Source: Tubulanus polymorphus (lineage: Eukaryota; Animalia; Nemertea). Taken from it: 64,000 nucleotides of DNA. The notes below the pieces were generated by a model. That model saw only the letters and a list, made by a program, of their open reading frames with translations. It did no database searches and was not told where the DNA came from. The stretch lies in NCBI RefSeq assembly GCF_964204645.1, contig NC_134034.1:186001-250000 (forward strand), read 5' to 3'. Of this stretch, positions 1-11,660 are shown in pieces (position 1 is the first letter of the stretch; the number at the start of each line of letters is the position of its first letter). A program made the position numbers and the translations under genes.

Positions 1-127
1 GACAAATCCATTATGCAAATAACCGCTCTAAAACAGATCGGTCTAATCTGTGTCTAGTACGTGATTGGCTGCCGTTTATAGATATATGATATGTTTATTG
101 AATTGTTTTATCATTGACACCGCGACA

Positions 128-352
128 ATGTAGCAATCGGCGCACACGGTTCGGCGGTGTGCCTGTATGTAGCAATCGGCGCACACGATTCGGCGGTGTG
201 TCTGTATGTATCAGAGGCACACACGGTTCGGCGGTGTGCCTGTATGTATCAGAGGCACACACGGTTCGGCGGTGTGCCTGTACGTATTAGAGGCACACAC
301 GGTTTGCGGGGTCCTGGCGGTGTGCCTGTATGTATCAGAGGCGCACACGGTT
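128..352. repeat. Degenerate ~35-bp minisatellite (GCACACGGTTCGGCGGTGTGCCTGTATGTATCAGAG)
   Basis: About 6 imperfect tandem copies visible. Confidence 0.8.
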
Positions 353-485
353 CTGATTGCATGAATCACAGGTAACTGCTTCCGGGTCCCATTTCACAAA
401 AGACAAGAAACTTACGACGATCAGTTGCTATTGACAACCTCTCATTTTAACTTATATATAGAACAATAGATCATATTTATACCTC

Positions 486-700
<215 letters not shown>

Positions 701-2542
701 TTGCGTGAAATGGAATCGTGTCAGATAGTAGTCAGGTGAAACGTATATACGTCTAATGTATCGTCTGTTTGACAGCACAAATAGGTATGTCTTTAGCCGG
801 TAAACCAAGGGGATGGAGGGAGGATGTAGGGAGGTCAGGTGACGAGGGAGGGAGTGTGGATGGATGGAGGTGAGAGGTCAGGACGGCGAGAGGGAGGTGA
901 GGAGTAGTGGGAGGGAGTGAGTTGATGGGAAGACTGACAGGGCACGGCTCTCCTAATCTTATATTCACTATTCATTTCGATTAATTTTGAAGCGTTTAAT
1001 ATCAACTGATTTTTCGATGTTCTCTGCGGCTTCTAGTGTCTCGTATAGCAGTGATTGAATTCTGCTTGGTTCCTACCCTTCTCTACCCTCCCCCTCCCCC
1101 TCCCACTCCCCCTCCCTTTACAGAAATATTCCTTAGAAAAATAATTCTAGGCGGAAATCAATTGAATCAGTCGATTTTAACAGTCAGTGATTGAATCCAT
1201 TCTCTGTCGGGTAATACTATTGTTCGTAGCGGGTTAACGCTATTGTTCGGAAGGCGCATTGAGTCCACTGATTCCATCTGGCAAGAATCGAGATTTTCCG
1301 TGAATTCCCAACAGCGTGTCGCGCTCCGTGACCTTGATTCAGATGCGGAAGCGTTATCGCGCTCGAGACGAAGGTCACCCGAGTCTGTTGTGCTACCGGC
1401 AGTTTGACGCCGGGTACTGACGCCCCGGGGCAGACGAGAATACTCCGGGTGTCCCGTGTGAGGATGGTTTAAAGTACTGCTGCCCTAAGGGATAAAAAGA
1501 CAACAGAGCTGTTACAATAGACACTGACTCATCTCTACCCCGGAGCCTGCAGGGAAGATTCCGGACCCGGGGCTAGATTTGCGCGCTCCCTTCTCCTCGA
1601 GACTCTTACAAAACCCTGAGACAATCACCTCGAGAATCGGGGACGCGGCGTGCAGGCGCGGGGAGTCTCTGGAGAGATGACAGCATCGACTCTTCTCTTG
1701 TAGTGGTTCGGTCCACTAGGTGTCGCTGCGCTGCTGCTTCCAGTATAGGTTTCAGTTCTATCTGTGAGAAGTTCGGTAATATCTGTACCTATAATAGTCG
1801 CGATCATTTTGACGGCCGAAATACGCCTAATTTGGCCGTCAGACTAAGGCAGCTAGTTGCAATCAATTTAATTAGGGGGGTTGAATTTGGCCGCGAGCCA
1901 CGCCGATTTTATCACTCCGTAGTCTCGCGTTTTCTCTCTGTATCTCGGGAAATCGCGCGCGGCACGGTGAGTTATAGTCTGTTCGGTATCTCGTTATTGA
2001 CCGTGTTTCAATGTGTAATGTGTTATGCGTGGCGGCGGTAATATCGCTAAGCTCCGCCCACAATTGACTGACGAAACGATTAGCGATACGCGAGTTATTG
2101 TGTCGAGTCTGTCAATCAAACTGTACACGACGCGCGATCTGTCGTTCTGTTCTTTTTTCTGCTGAAGAACAGAATTTTTTTGAAACGTCTAATAAAGAAC
2201 TAATCGATACTGTCAGTGGCGACCACTCGTACGTGGAAGTCGTTGTTCCTTCAAGTTAAACTCGAGTGTTAAACGGATGGACCTCAGCCGGCCGCTTTGC
2301 CCATGAATTAGTCTCAACCGAATTACGTTGATTTATTATGAAAATAAATTTATTTTCGTTTCGGAGGGTTGATATGAGCCGAATTAGCGTTTTAGGGTAT
2401 TGATACCAGAATATTCGTTGCTGTCGGGCAGAAAAATAATTTTTTTTCAAATAATTCCATCGGACAATTCAACGTTGAATTTATCAGCGAAATGGCGTAA
2501 GAACAGAGTTTAATTTGCAATTTTGTTTCTCTGTTTTCTATC

Positions 2543-3394
2543 GGTTAGAACAGAGTTTAATTCGCGATGTTGTTTCGCTGTTTTCTGGGTGGTTAGAACA
2601 GAGTTTAATTCGCGATGTTGTTTCGCTGTTTTCTGGGTGGTTAGAACAGAGTTTAATTCGCGATGTTGTTTCGCTGTTTTCTGGGTGGTTAGAACAGAGT
2701 TTAATTCGCGATGTTGTTTCGCTGTTTCCTGGTGGTTAGAACAGAGTTTAATTCGCGATGTTGTTTCGCTGTTTTCTGGGTGGTTAGAACAGAGTTTAAT
2801 TCGCGATGTTGTTTCGCTGTTTCCTGGTGGTTAGAACAGAGTTTAATTCGCGATGTTGTTTCGCTGTTTTCTGGGTGGTTAGAACAGAGTTTAATTCGCG
2901 ATGTTGTTTCGCTGTTTCCTGGTGGTTAGAACAGAGTTTAATTCGCGATGTTGTTTCGCTGTTTTCTGGGTGGTTAGAACAGAGTTTAATTAGCGATGTT
3001 GTTTCGCTGTTTTCTGGGTGGTTAGAACAGAGTTTAATTTGCGACGTTGTTTCGCTGTTTTCTGGGTGGTTAGAACAGAGTTTAATTCGCGACGTTGTTT
3101 CGCTGTTTCCCGGTGGTTAGAACAGAGTTTAATTCGCGATGTTGTTTCGCTGTTTCCTGGTGGTTAGAACAGAGTTTGATTCGCGATGTTGTTTCGCTGT
3201 TTCCTACTGGTTAGAACAGAGTTTAATTCGCGATGTTGTTTCGCTGTTTCCCGGTGGTTAGAACAGAGTTTAATTCGCGATGTTGTTTCGCTGTTTCCTA
3301 CTGGTTAGAACAGAGTTTAATTCGCGATGTTGTTTCACTGTTTTCTGTTGGTTAGAACAGAGTTTAATTCGCGATGTTGTTTCGCTGTTTTCTG
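2543..3394. repeat. 47/48-bp minisatellite (GGTTAGAACAGAGTTTAATTCGCGATGTTGTTTCGCTGTTTTCTGGGT), ~18 copies
   Basis: Near-identical tandem units; accounts for the ORFs at 2515-3120. Confidence 0.97.
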
Positions 3395-5419
3395 ATACGG
3401 GTTATTTCTGAGAAGTGTACCGTGTGTTACACCTACCACCCGCCAGACGAGAGACTGTTGTTGCTGGAAATGTTTTCCGCCGTTACCGGGTTGTGGAATC
3501 TAATAAAGAGATCTTTCTTATTTTGTATCGTCTCAGTGGCGCACAGTTTTTAAGGTTACTCTTTAGATTAAAACAACCCGCACTTCCTTCTCGCTGTTAT
3601 CATTTATCCGACTTCGATATCATTATATTTCATATATACTTTATAAGTTTAAAACCCAAACATCTCACAGATCATCGTCAGAGTGTAACACCAGGAATAT
3701 TCTACTGATTTGTGTAAAATTCCTCACATTACAAAAGGTCTCTAAGTTCTCTGTTTGGCGAGTATTTTTTTAGACGCTTTGACTCATGAAAATGATTATG
3801 AATGGCGTATATACTCTGACTGTATTATCATTTTAGATCTATTTTTGTTGCTGTTTTAATCGCCTGGCTGCGGTTCAAACTCCCGCCCACAACTGGACAG
3901 GAAAACCTTTTAGTTAAACAGATAAAAAATAATTACTTTATTGGTAAAAATTCCATGCGAAACTTATGAATTAATGAATACTGCAACCACAGTGAAGAGT
4001 TGCTGTATGTTGAGAAATGTTAATGCTGTTATAGGAATAAAATCCTCTAATCGAATTTTCGGACCAGATTCAATTAATTCTATGATTGCGCTACACAATG
4101 GAAATTATTAAATTAACAAAATTATTTGTTCACGGATGTAACAATAACACACAAATCAAACGTGGTTCGAATCCTGAATTCTCCGCGATATGTCAAGTAA
4201 GATTTAGCTGATTTTCTGCGCAGTATTTAGACCCTATATATAAAAAATCTACCGCGACGGGCTCGGGTCCAGGCTTTCACTCTCCTTGTCCACAAAAAGC
4301 AATCAATCTAAATTTGCAATGTCGTAGAAATTAACATGATAATGAAGCAGTGAATAGAAACCACGAGAACACCACACTATCGACAGGTGCCCGTTTGGGT
4401 TTTCCAGGGGTTCAGTTGGGTTCTCCACGGGTTCAGTTGGGTTCTCCAGGGTTCAGTTTCACGAATTCACGAATCAGTGAATTAACAGTTTATAAACTCG
4501 TCCTAAATCGATTCCAGGAGTCGTAAACTTTATTGCGAACGAAACTGAACCCAATAATTACAAAATATGTGATTCATCGAAGAGAATTTATTGCGATTTA
4601 AAAATCAAGTTTGAGAAAAGAAATCGTTGAATGTGTCTAACGGAGGGTATGTGCTAGAACTGATAGGTGAGGGGCTTCTTTCGGACTCTCGAGTCCTTTG
4701 GTAAATTAAGACTAAAGCCAATTTTGGACGGGCGCTTAAGAACTCAAATCACGCGTTATCTCGCAATTCGTGGCGAGAATTCTCGAGACTTCGACGCGGC
4801 TGATGCTGCTGGAAACGATGTATATTTGTGTTGACCTTGAGATTTGAAACCTTAACGCTGATTGGCTGATTAACACCTTCACTGTCTAGTATCAGACTTT
4901 TATTTATTGCGCACGCGAGTCACGTGACCGGACGATGATCAATTTACGGCCACCGCGGCGCGTATTAATCGATGAGTCTGTGGCGGTGTGTGTGAACCGC
5001 CGTCTCCCGGCGCGCGTGAGCAGGTGCTCTATTTCTGTGAAACACGCGCGCCACGGCTCAGCTGTGTGTATAGAGTTACACAGTTACCTTTTCCATGAAT
5101 CGGCTGATTAAGTTCACCATACCCCCTCCCCCCCCCCCCTGAATAAATTCGGAACTCTTTGAGATCACCCTTGAGAAGCGGACAGTGAGTTAATTCTTCG
5201 GTGTTCAGTCGGTTTATAGTTCCAATCTCACTAGTGGGTTGAGTGGCCTCACAGTTTAGTGGTTTGTGGGATGAGCGGCCCCTATGCGTTGATTGTAGTT
5301 TTCATACTGATGAAGGCTTCTCCATCGTTATTTCAGTAAAACTAATCGTTTGTTTGTTGTTTGTTGTTGTTGTTGTTGTGAGTGATTTTTTTACGGGTTC
5401 GACGTTCTAATTGTAGGTG

Positions 5420-8400
5420 ATGCACCGAACAACTTCAATCAAGATAACAGATTTGAATCCACACTTGGTGTGTGTTCTATGTGGTGGTTACTATGTCGAC
5501 GCGACTACCATTATTGAGTGTCTGCACTCGTGTAAGTATCTTCTTATTTAACCGTTAAAAAACCGTTGTATTCAAATTTCAAATCAAAAGAATTAATGCC
5601 TTTTTCAAGTAACAAATTCAAAGACGGTCTTTCACTCCGATCTAGTTCTCTATTTCTTGAGTTAAGTTTGACCAAAAAATAGTTAATTTCCAATGGTTTT
5701 GTCTTTTTAAGTGTCCGGTCAGATCTTAACCAGAACTATGGAACTGGGTCCTTCAATTATTTCTATAAAATGTGACCGGTGTTTTATTTGTTTAGTTTGT
5801 AAGACGTGTATAGTTCGTTATTTGGAGACGAGTAAATATTGCCCGATTTGTGATGTACAAGTTCACAAGACGAGGCCGTTACTTAATATCAGGTAGGAGA
5901 ACCATACTGACCAACAGGTGGAGCCATCTCCTGGTCGATTAAAGGACGAAAACCGTTTTTCGGAATCCGCGTAAATTTGATTGATAAAACTTGTTATTTT
6001 TAAAATGCAGGTCGGATAAAACGCTGCAGGATTTGGTTTATAAATTGGTACCGAATTTATTCAAAACCGAGATGAATCGCCGGAAGGAGTATTACGCCAA
6101 GCACCCGGAAGCGAGTGCGCAGCAAAAAGGTAAAGAACAACAACAGCAGCCCTTTGTATATATACCGCCTGTGGACGTGGTGTCTCGTTACAAGCAGGAG
6201 TCACTCTACCAGAGTCTGGGCCATGTGTCCTAATTCGCAGGAGACTACACTCCTAGTCTCGACGATGCCCCCTCTCGTAGGAGACCACTCTACCGACCTG
6301 TGTCTCGTTATGGACAGGAGACCACTCTACCGACCTGTGTCTCGTTATGGACAGGAGACCACTCTACCGACCTGTGTCTCGTTATGGACAGGAGACCACT
6401 TGCTCAGTCTGGGCTACATTTTATTTCGACAATCCTCAACAGATTCTCGATTCTTTCAATGATTATTTACAGGTGCTACCAGTACGAGAAACGCGCTGTC
6501 GAGTGCTGAAGAGCGAGGTGAAGTGGAAGTTGATATATCAGCGGAACGACCTATTTACACCGAGGATGAAAATATCAGCATGTCTCTAGAATACAGTTAC
6601 AAGTATGTCTAACAGTATATATAACAACTGATGAATCTCCGTGTTGTAACTGATCAAATAGAGTCACTTGCAAACTACTTTGTTTTTGTATTTGTAGCGG
6701 TAAACCAGTGGATGAGGTTGAACCTTCAGCTTTAGAAAAAGACAAAGAGGTTCGTATAGCTAAATAACACTGACGGGCACCTGCAGGGGGAGAAACCTCG
6801 TCATTACGTCACCCTAACCCCCAGGGCCCAGTTTCACAAAAAGGATTAAAGCCTAAATCGATTTAAGATAAACTGAATAAATGAAGAAATTAAATCGATT
6901 TAAGAGTTAAACCTTTTTGTGAAACTGGGCCCAGATAATGATAGTTATTAATACCTACTAGTTCGGGTGGAGGGGGCTGGACTAGTTTGGGACTAGTTTG
7001 TTTTCTAACATGTTGTATTTGTTATATTTGAATAGAAACCCGATAAACGGTATCTACTGTGTCCCGCTGCTGTTACTATCGGTCACCTGAAGAAATTTAT
7101 AAGAATGAAGTATGACCTTACAGATAAACACCAGGTACACAAACACACCTTTATTCATTACCCTTTTATAAATCCCACAATCACAAAGTCGAAAAACCTA
7201 AAATATCGAAACGTTGAAATTTATGGGGAATCCGAAATTTCGGTTTTAAACGTATGGGTCCGGTTCCACAGTTGTGAGTTAAAGTTAACTCAGAGTTAAA
7301 ATCAGTTCAATTTCAATGTTTTAACTCTAGAATCAAATTTAACTCAGAACTGTGGAACTGGACCCTGGTTGTTTGTTTGTTCGTGGTTGAGGTGTTAAGT
7401 TAGATTAAGCTTAAAACCGAAAATTCTAATTTTAATAAATTTTAACATTAAGCTATTTTAAATTGTTTGATTTCGTGATTGATGGATTTATATTTTACTC
7501 GTCTATCGCGACTCATTGCGAAATTAAAGCCCTCGCCATTAATTACCTTAATTAATTAATAATATCGTGTATTTTAGATTCAGATTTTTCACTCTGATGA
7601 ATTCCTATTGAATCACTACACGTTGATGGACGTTGCTTATATTTACTCGTGGAGAAGAGTAAGTTTTACTTTACTAACAATGAGATTTACATCGGTGTCG
7701 AGCTCATAAAATAGTCATTTAAAACACTTGAGGCTGGTTTTATAGACTGGTATTACCTTCAACGCAGGGGCTAACTCAATTCAATTTCAATTGAATTAGC
7801 CTCAGGGTTTAAGGTTATACCAGTCTATAAAACAAACCCTTGGAGAATAAGTATTATGTTAGGTTTTACGGTTAAAATTACACCTTTAATACCAAATCAG
7901 CAGTTTATTTAGTTGAGTGGATGGAGTGAATGTTTATGTAACGCGTGTTTATTTACAGAAAGGTCCACTGCGTCTGTTTTATACCGTTTACCTACAGAAC
8001 GGTCGCAAACGTAAAGCAACATCTGCAGCGAACACTTACCGAACCAACAAGAAAAAATGTATCTCAAAACGTACGTTGACTCCAACAACCACCTGCGCCG
8101 CATCGACCACCAACCAAACCGTCAAAAAAAATGGCGGCGCTTCCGCTCGCACTGGCGATACCGATAAAACCGATATAACCGGCCCGGCCGCCGCTAACAG
8201 CGCTCCTGGCGGTGAGAAAATCAACGACAATTCGCAGCCGACGGAAGATCAGACGAGAAATGAACGAAACCCGGGTTCTTTATCGGGTTCACCTCGTGGT
8301 TCACCGCGGTGTTCTTCCTCGCGCGAGGGAACCCCGACTACAGTCATCAAACCGAACCCGTCACTGAGCGCTCCCGATCATAGCAACCAACCGAAACAAA

Positions 8401-8650
8401 CTCCCGTTACTATAGAAACGACAACCGTTCAGCAACAATCAAAACCAGTATCTACGTCATCGTCACCGTCACCGACCGTGGCGCCACCTTCGCCGCTTGT
8501 GACTTCAGATGATACTAGTAAGAAGTCGAATAAAGAGAAACCAAAGTCACCTCTACGTGACCTTCAAGAATCATTAAAACCAACTCAACACCTGCAACAA
8601 CAACCACCACAGAAACAGTCACCGAAAACAAACCAGCAACAATCGAAACC

Positions 8651-8739
<89 letters not shown>

Positions 8740-10040
8740 CTGCTCAGAAACCGGTACTGCATCAAAAACCACAAACATTAAAACGACAATACAGCGACCC
8801 GCCGCAGGAGAGAGGGTTAGATCTGTCTAAAAAAGCGACAAAAACGTACGCGGGGGTGACAGCCCGTTTAAAACAACCTCCTCTTACCATTCCTAAATCA
8901 CCATCATCAGTTTCATCTTCATCATCAAACACTGTATCATCGTTAAAGTCAGCACAGATAAGTGGTGGAGGAGGAGGTGGAGGAGGAATTCCGCGGTCTC
9001 CGAATCAACTGATTAAACCACAACCTGGCGTTCATCGTTTACCGGCTACCGTCTCTAAGCAACCAGCTCTCATCTCAAAATCGGCTGCAGCCTCGGCCAG
9101 GTCACCTGTACTCTTACCTAAATCACCGTTACTCATGTCTCACCCACCGTCAGCGCCACCTACATCGCAGCCGACCAACTCGACCACCGTACTGAAGTCG
9201 CCGACCTTGACCCGACCGGCGGCGGCGCTCGGCGTCAAGAATCAACACTCGAATTTACAGTCGCAACTGAATAAAACACAGGCTTCGTCAGCGTATATGA
9301 AACCGGCGCAGATTCTCTCGGCGACTATCAAATTCCCGACGACTAAGGCGCCATCTGACGGCGGTGTGTCGTCTGTGACGGCAAAATCGTGTTCATTGCC
9401 AAGGTCATCGCCGATTTTGATCAATAAGTCGAACAGTCCGATTCTGACGTCATCGGGCGCCAACGGTAAACAACCAGTACAGAAAATGTATACGCAAGGA
9501 ACCAGTATCAATATACCGCGTCCGATAACCACATCCGGAGCCGGACTACGGGCGAATAGCAACGTGTCCGGGCCCGCAGCCGTTCCCGGACAAAACCCGC
9601 TCATCTCCGGTATGAACCACGCGAACGATCGCGCGCGACCTTCGAGCACCGGAAGCGCTAACTCGAAACCGACAATAACTAACAACAATAACTCGTGCTC
9701 GAGGCCGGCTAGTACCGGAAGTATCGCTGCCAGTTCCGGTAAAAACAACGGTACCGCATCAGCGCATTCCATTACTAAACAAACCGCTACTAGTAACAGT
9801 GGTGCCACCGTCGGCGGTTTTTGTCACGATAACGGGCCGGTTAGTAAGTTAGTGAATAGCGCTACGACTGCTGGAACGACTGTAGCGGCGCTACTGGAAC
9901 GACGTAATATCTGCGCAGCCGCAGCCGCAGCCATGATGAAACCGACCACATCGCCCGTCGTTACTAGCGCCACCTGTAATAAAGACATTTTCACTCGACC
10001 GACACCAGAGGTCGCTTCGTCGACTGAACCGATTAAGTAA
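5420..10040 (+). CDS. BMI1: Polycomb group RING finger protein BMI1/PCGF2-4 (Psc-like), ~923 aa; coding exons 5420-5531, 5796-5892, 6011-6129, 6473-6602, 6698-6749, 7036-7134, 7578-7658, 7959-10040
   Basis: The spliced product starts [84 protein letters not shown], nearly identical to the BMI1 RING. RAWUL motifs follow ([36 protein letters not shown]). All introns are GT-AG and phases are consistent (2772 nt total). Confidence 0.96.
6280..6400. repeat. 37-bp intronic tandem repeat, ~3 copies
   Basis: GGAGACCACTCTACCGACCTGTGTCTCGTTATGGACA repeated. Confidence 0.85.
6825..6931. mobile_element. MITE, PIF/Harbinger-like
   Basis: Perfect 20-bp TIR GGCCCAGTTTCACAAAAAGG, with CAG on both sides (3-bp TSD). 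Confidence 0.85.
7256..7365. mobile_element. MITE with TIR GGGTCCRGTTCCACAGTT
   Basis: 18-bp TIR with 1 mismatch; internally palindromic. Confidence 0.8.
7731..7840. mobile_element. MITE; related copy at ~37945-38057
   Basis: Inverted repeat TTTTATAGACTGGTAT/ATACCAGTCTATAAAA; the core AACTCAATT...AATTGA is shared with the second copy. Confidence 0.7.
8652..8738 (+). repeat. Pure (CAG)29 coding tract (polyQ) in BMI1 last exon
   Basis: Uninterrupted CAG run, in frame. Confidence 0.95.
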
Positions 10041-11226
10041 TCAAATTTTATGTATGGTGGATCCGTGGTTCTCGTGTTTATGGAACAGACTGTAGAGCAG
10101 ACGGATTATACTCATGTCTAGTATCAGTATTGTTTATCTCTGCAGCCTTTTATTTGTCAAAACAATCGTTTCTATTTTGTGCATCAGAATGTTTGTAGAG
10201 TTCGTAGAGTCAAGTCGGAAACGTGTCTGGAACCTGATGACATTGTGTTCGAATCCCTGTGAGGGAGGAGCGCGGTGGAGTCTCCGTTTGAACGGGATTG
10301 GGTTAAAACGGAAACAGTTGTCGATGTTCAGATGATGTCTTGTATTGTGTGTACGGTGTATATAGACAGGAAACACGTGTTTAACACGTGTCTTAATATC
10401 GATAATTAAACTAAAAAATAATGATTAAAATCATAATGTATTAATGAGATAAGTCCGAATTCGAAATATGAGGGTAAAATATTGTGTTTTGAAAATAATG
10501 AAGAATTTACTCGCTCTTGGTGGGATTCGAACCTGCTGACCTCGAGACACAGCCCGCGGCGCGCGAGGTATCGATGTCATCGGGTTCGAATCCCGCAGAA
10601 AACTCGTATTTGTAAATAATAATAAAGCGCTCATACTAAAATATAAATTCACGTATATCTGTGTTGCTATTAATAGGTTTATACATCCATGGTTTCTGTC
10701 GTTAGTTCCTGGGATTGAGTTGTTTTCGAATATCACGATATGGATCGATTCTCGACTATCGCAATGAAGCGGCCATTGTGGTGAATGAAAAGTGGGTTCG
10801 AATCCCGTTGGCTTCTTACAGTGTGCGGGCAACACTTCAAAGACCGGCGTGGTCTCGTGTCGAATCCAATAAAGATTCAGTCACATTGAGAAACAAATAT
10901 CTGAACGTAAAGCTAGGGTCAACAAACAACAAAACGAATATCGATGTGCAATATCCGGTAGTCTGTTCAAATTGCGCTTAAAAGCCCTCAATAAATGTAA
11001 TATACTATTACAAAGACACAAAATACGACGAAACAAATGTAGAATTTTTAGATCGTTAATTTATAGTCTTTAATTTATTAATCTTTAACAGAAAATCTGA
11101 AGTCTGAAGAGAGTCTGAAATCATCTTTTTCATCGTTTTCACTCGAATTTTTCTTTTCATCCTGAAAAGAAACAAAATGTGCCAAGTCATATTTCGGGTT
11201 CAAGTTCCTCACAGTACTGATTTCGC

Positions 11227-11565
11227 CTAACATATTTTCGCCTTACCTTTCTTTATCTCGCCTTTCTTTTTGCAATCCTTATAGATATATTTGCATACAA
11301 TCTTTGTTTTATTAGACAGTTTCTTTGATGCACTATAGTAATTTCGAACTTGCATCAATTGATAACAGCCCCACTTGGCGCATTTATGGTTGACGTCAAA
11401 CAGGGGTTTGTAGTGTGACGCCTTTTGCGCGTCGTCAGTTTCACACCAGGTGGCGCACTGTGCTTTCTGCTGCGCGGTTACATTGTTACGGTCGCCTATA
11501 GGAACGTAATGTCCTCCACACGACCTCCACGTGACTGTCAGCAAGACGAATATACTGATCAACAC
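11227..11565 (-). CDS. Terminal exon of a small, probably secreted Cys-rich, Lys-rich protein; start exon not located
   Basis: The ORF begins directly after a TTTCAG acceptor, has a hydrophobic N-terminus (VLISIFVLLTVTW), 8 Cys and non-repetitive sequence. A minus-strand AATAAA lies at 11074-11079. No recognisable homology. Confidence 0.55.
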   Translation of the reverse strand: MLISIFVLLTVTWRSCGGHYVPIGDRNNVTAQQKAQCATWCETDDAQKASHYKPLFDVNHKCAKWGCYQLMQVRNYYSASKKLSNKTKIVCKYIYKDCKKKGEIKKGKAKIC

Positions 11566-11589
11566 CTGAAATACGTAACAGCATTTTAA

Positions 11590-11624
<35 letters not shown>

Positions 11625-11629
11625 TCTAT

Positions 11630-11660
<31 letters not shown>

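Noticed and set aside
2162-2189. CTGAAGA...GAAACGTC possible second hammerhead
   Set aside because: No credible stem II or stem I.
2543-3394. Regular 47/48-bp array resembling a CRISPR locus
   Set aside because: Units are repeated in full with no unique spacers, there are no cas genes, and the context is eukaryotic.
9242-9808. Antisense ORFs within the BMI1 last exon (also those opposite the MS4A-like and SLC28 exons)
   Set aside because: Shadow frames of real coding sequence.
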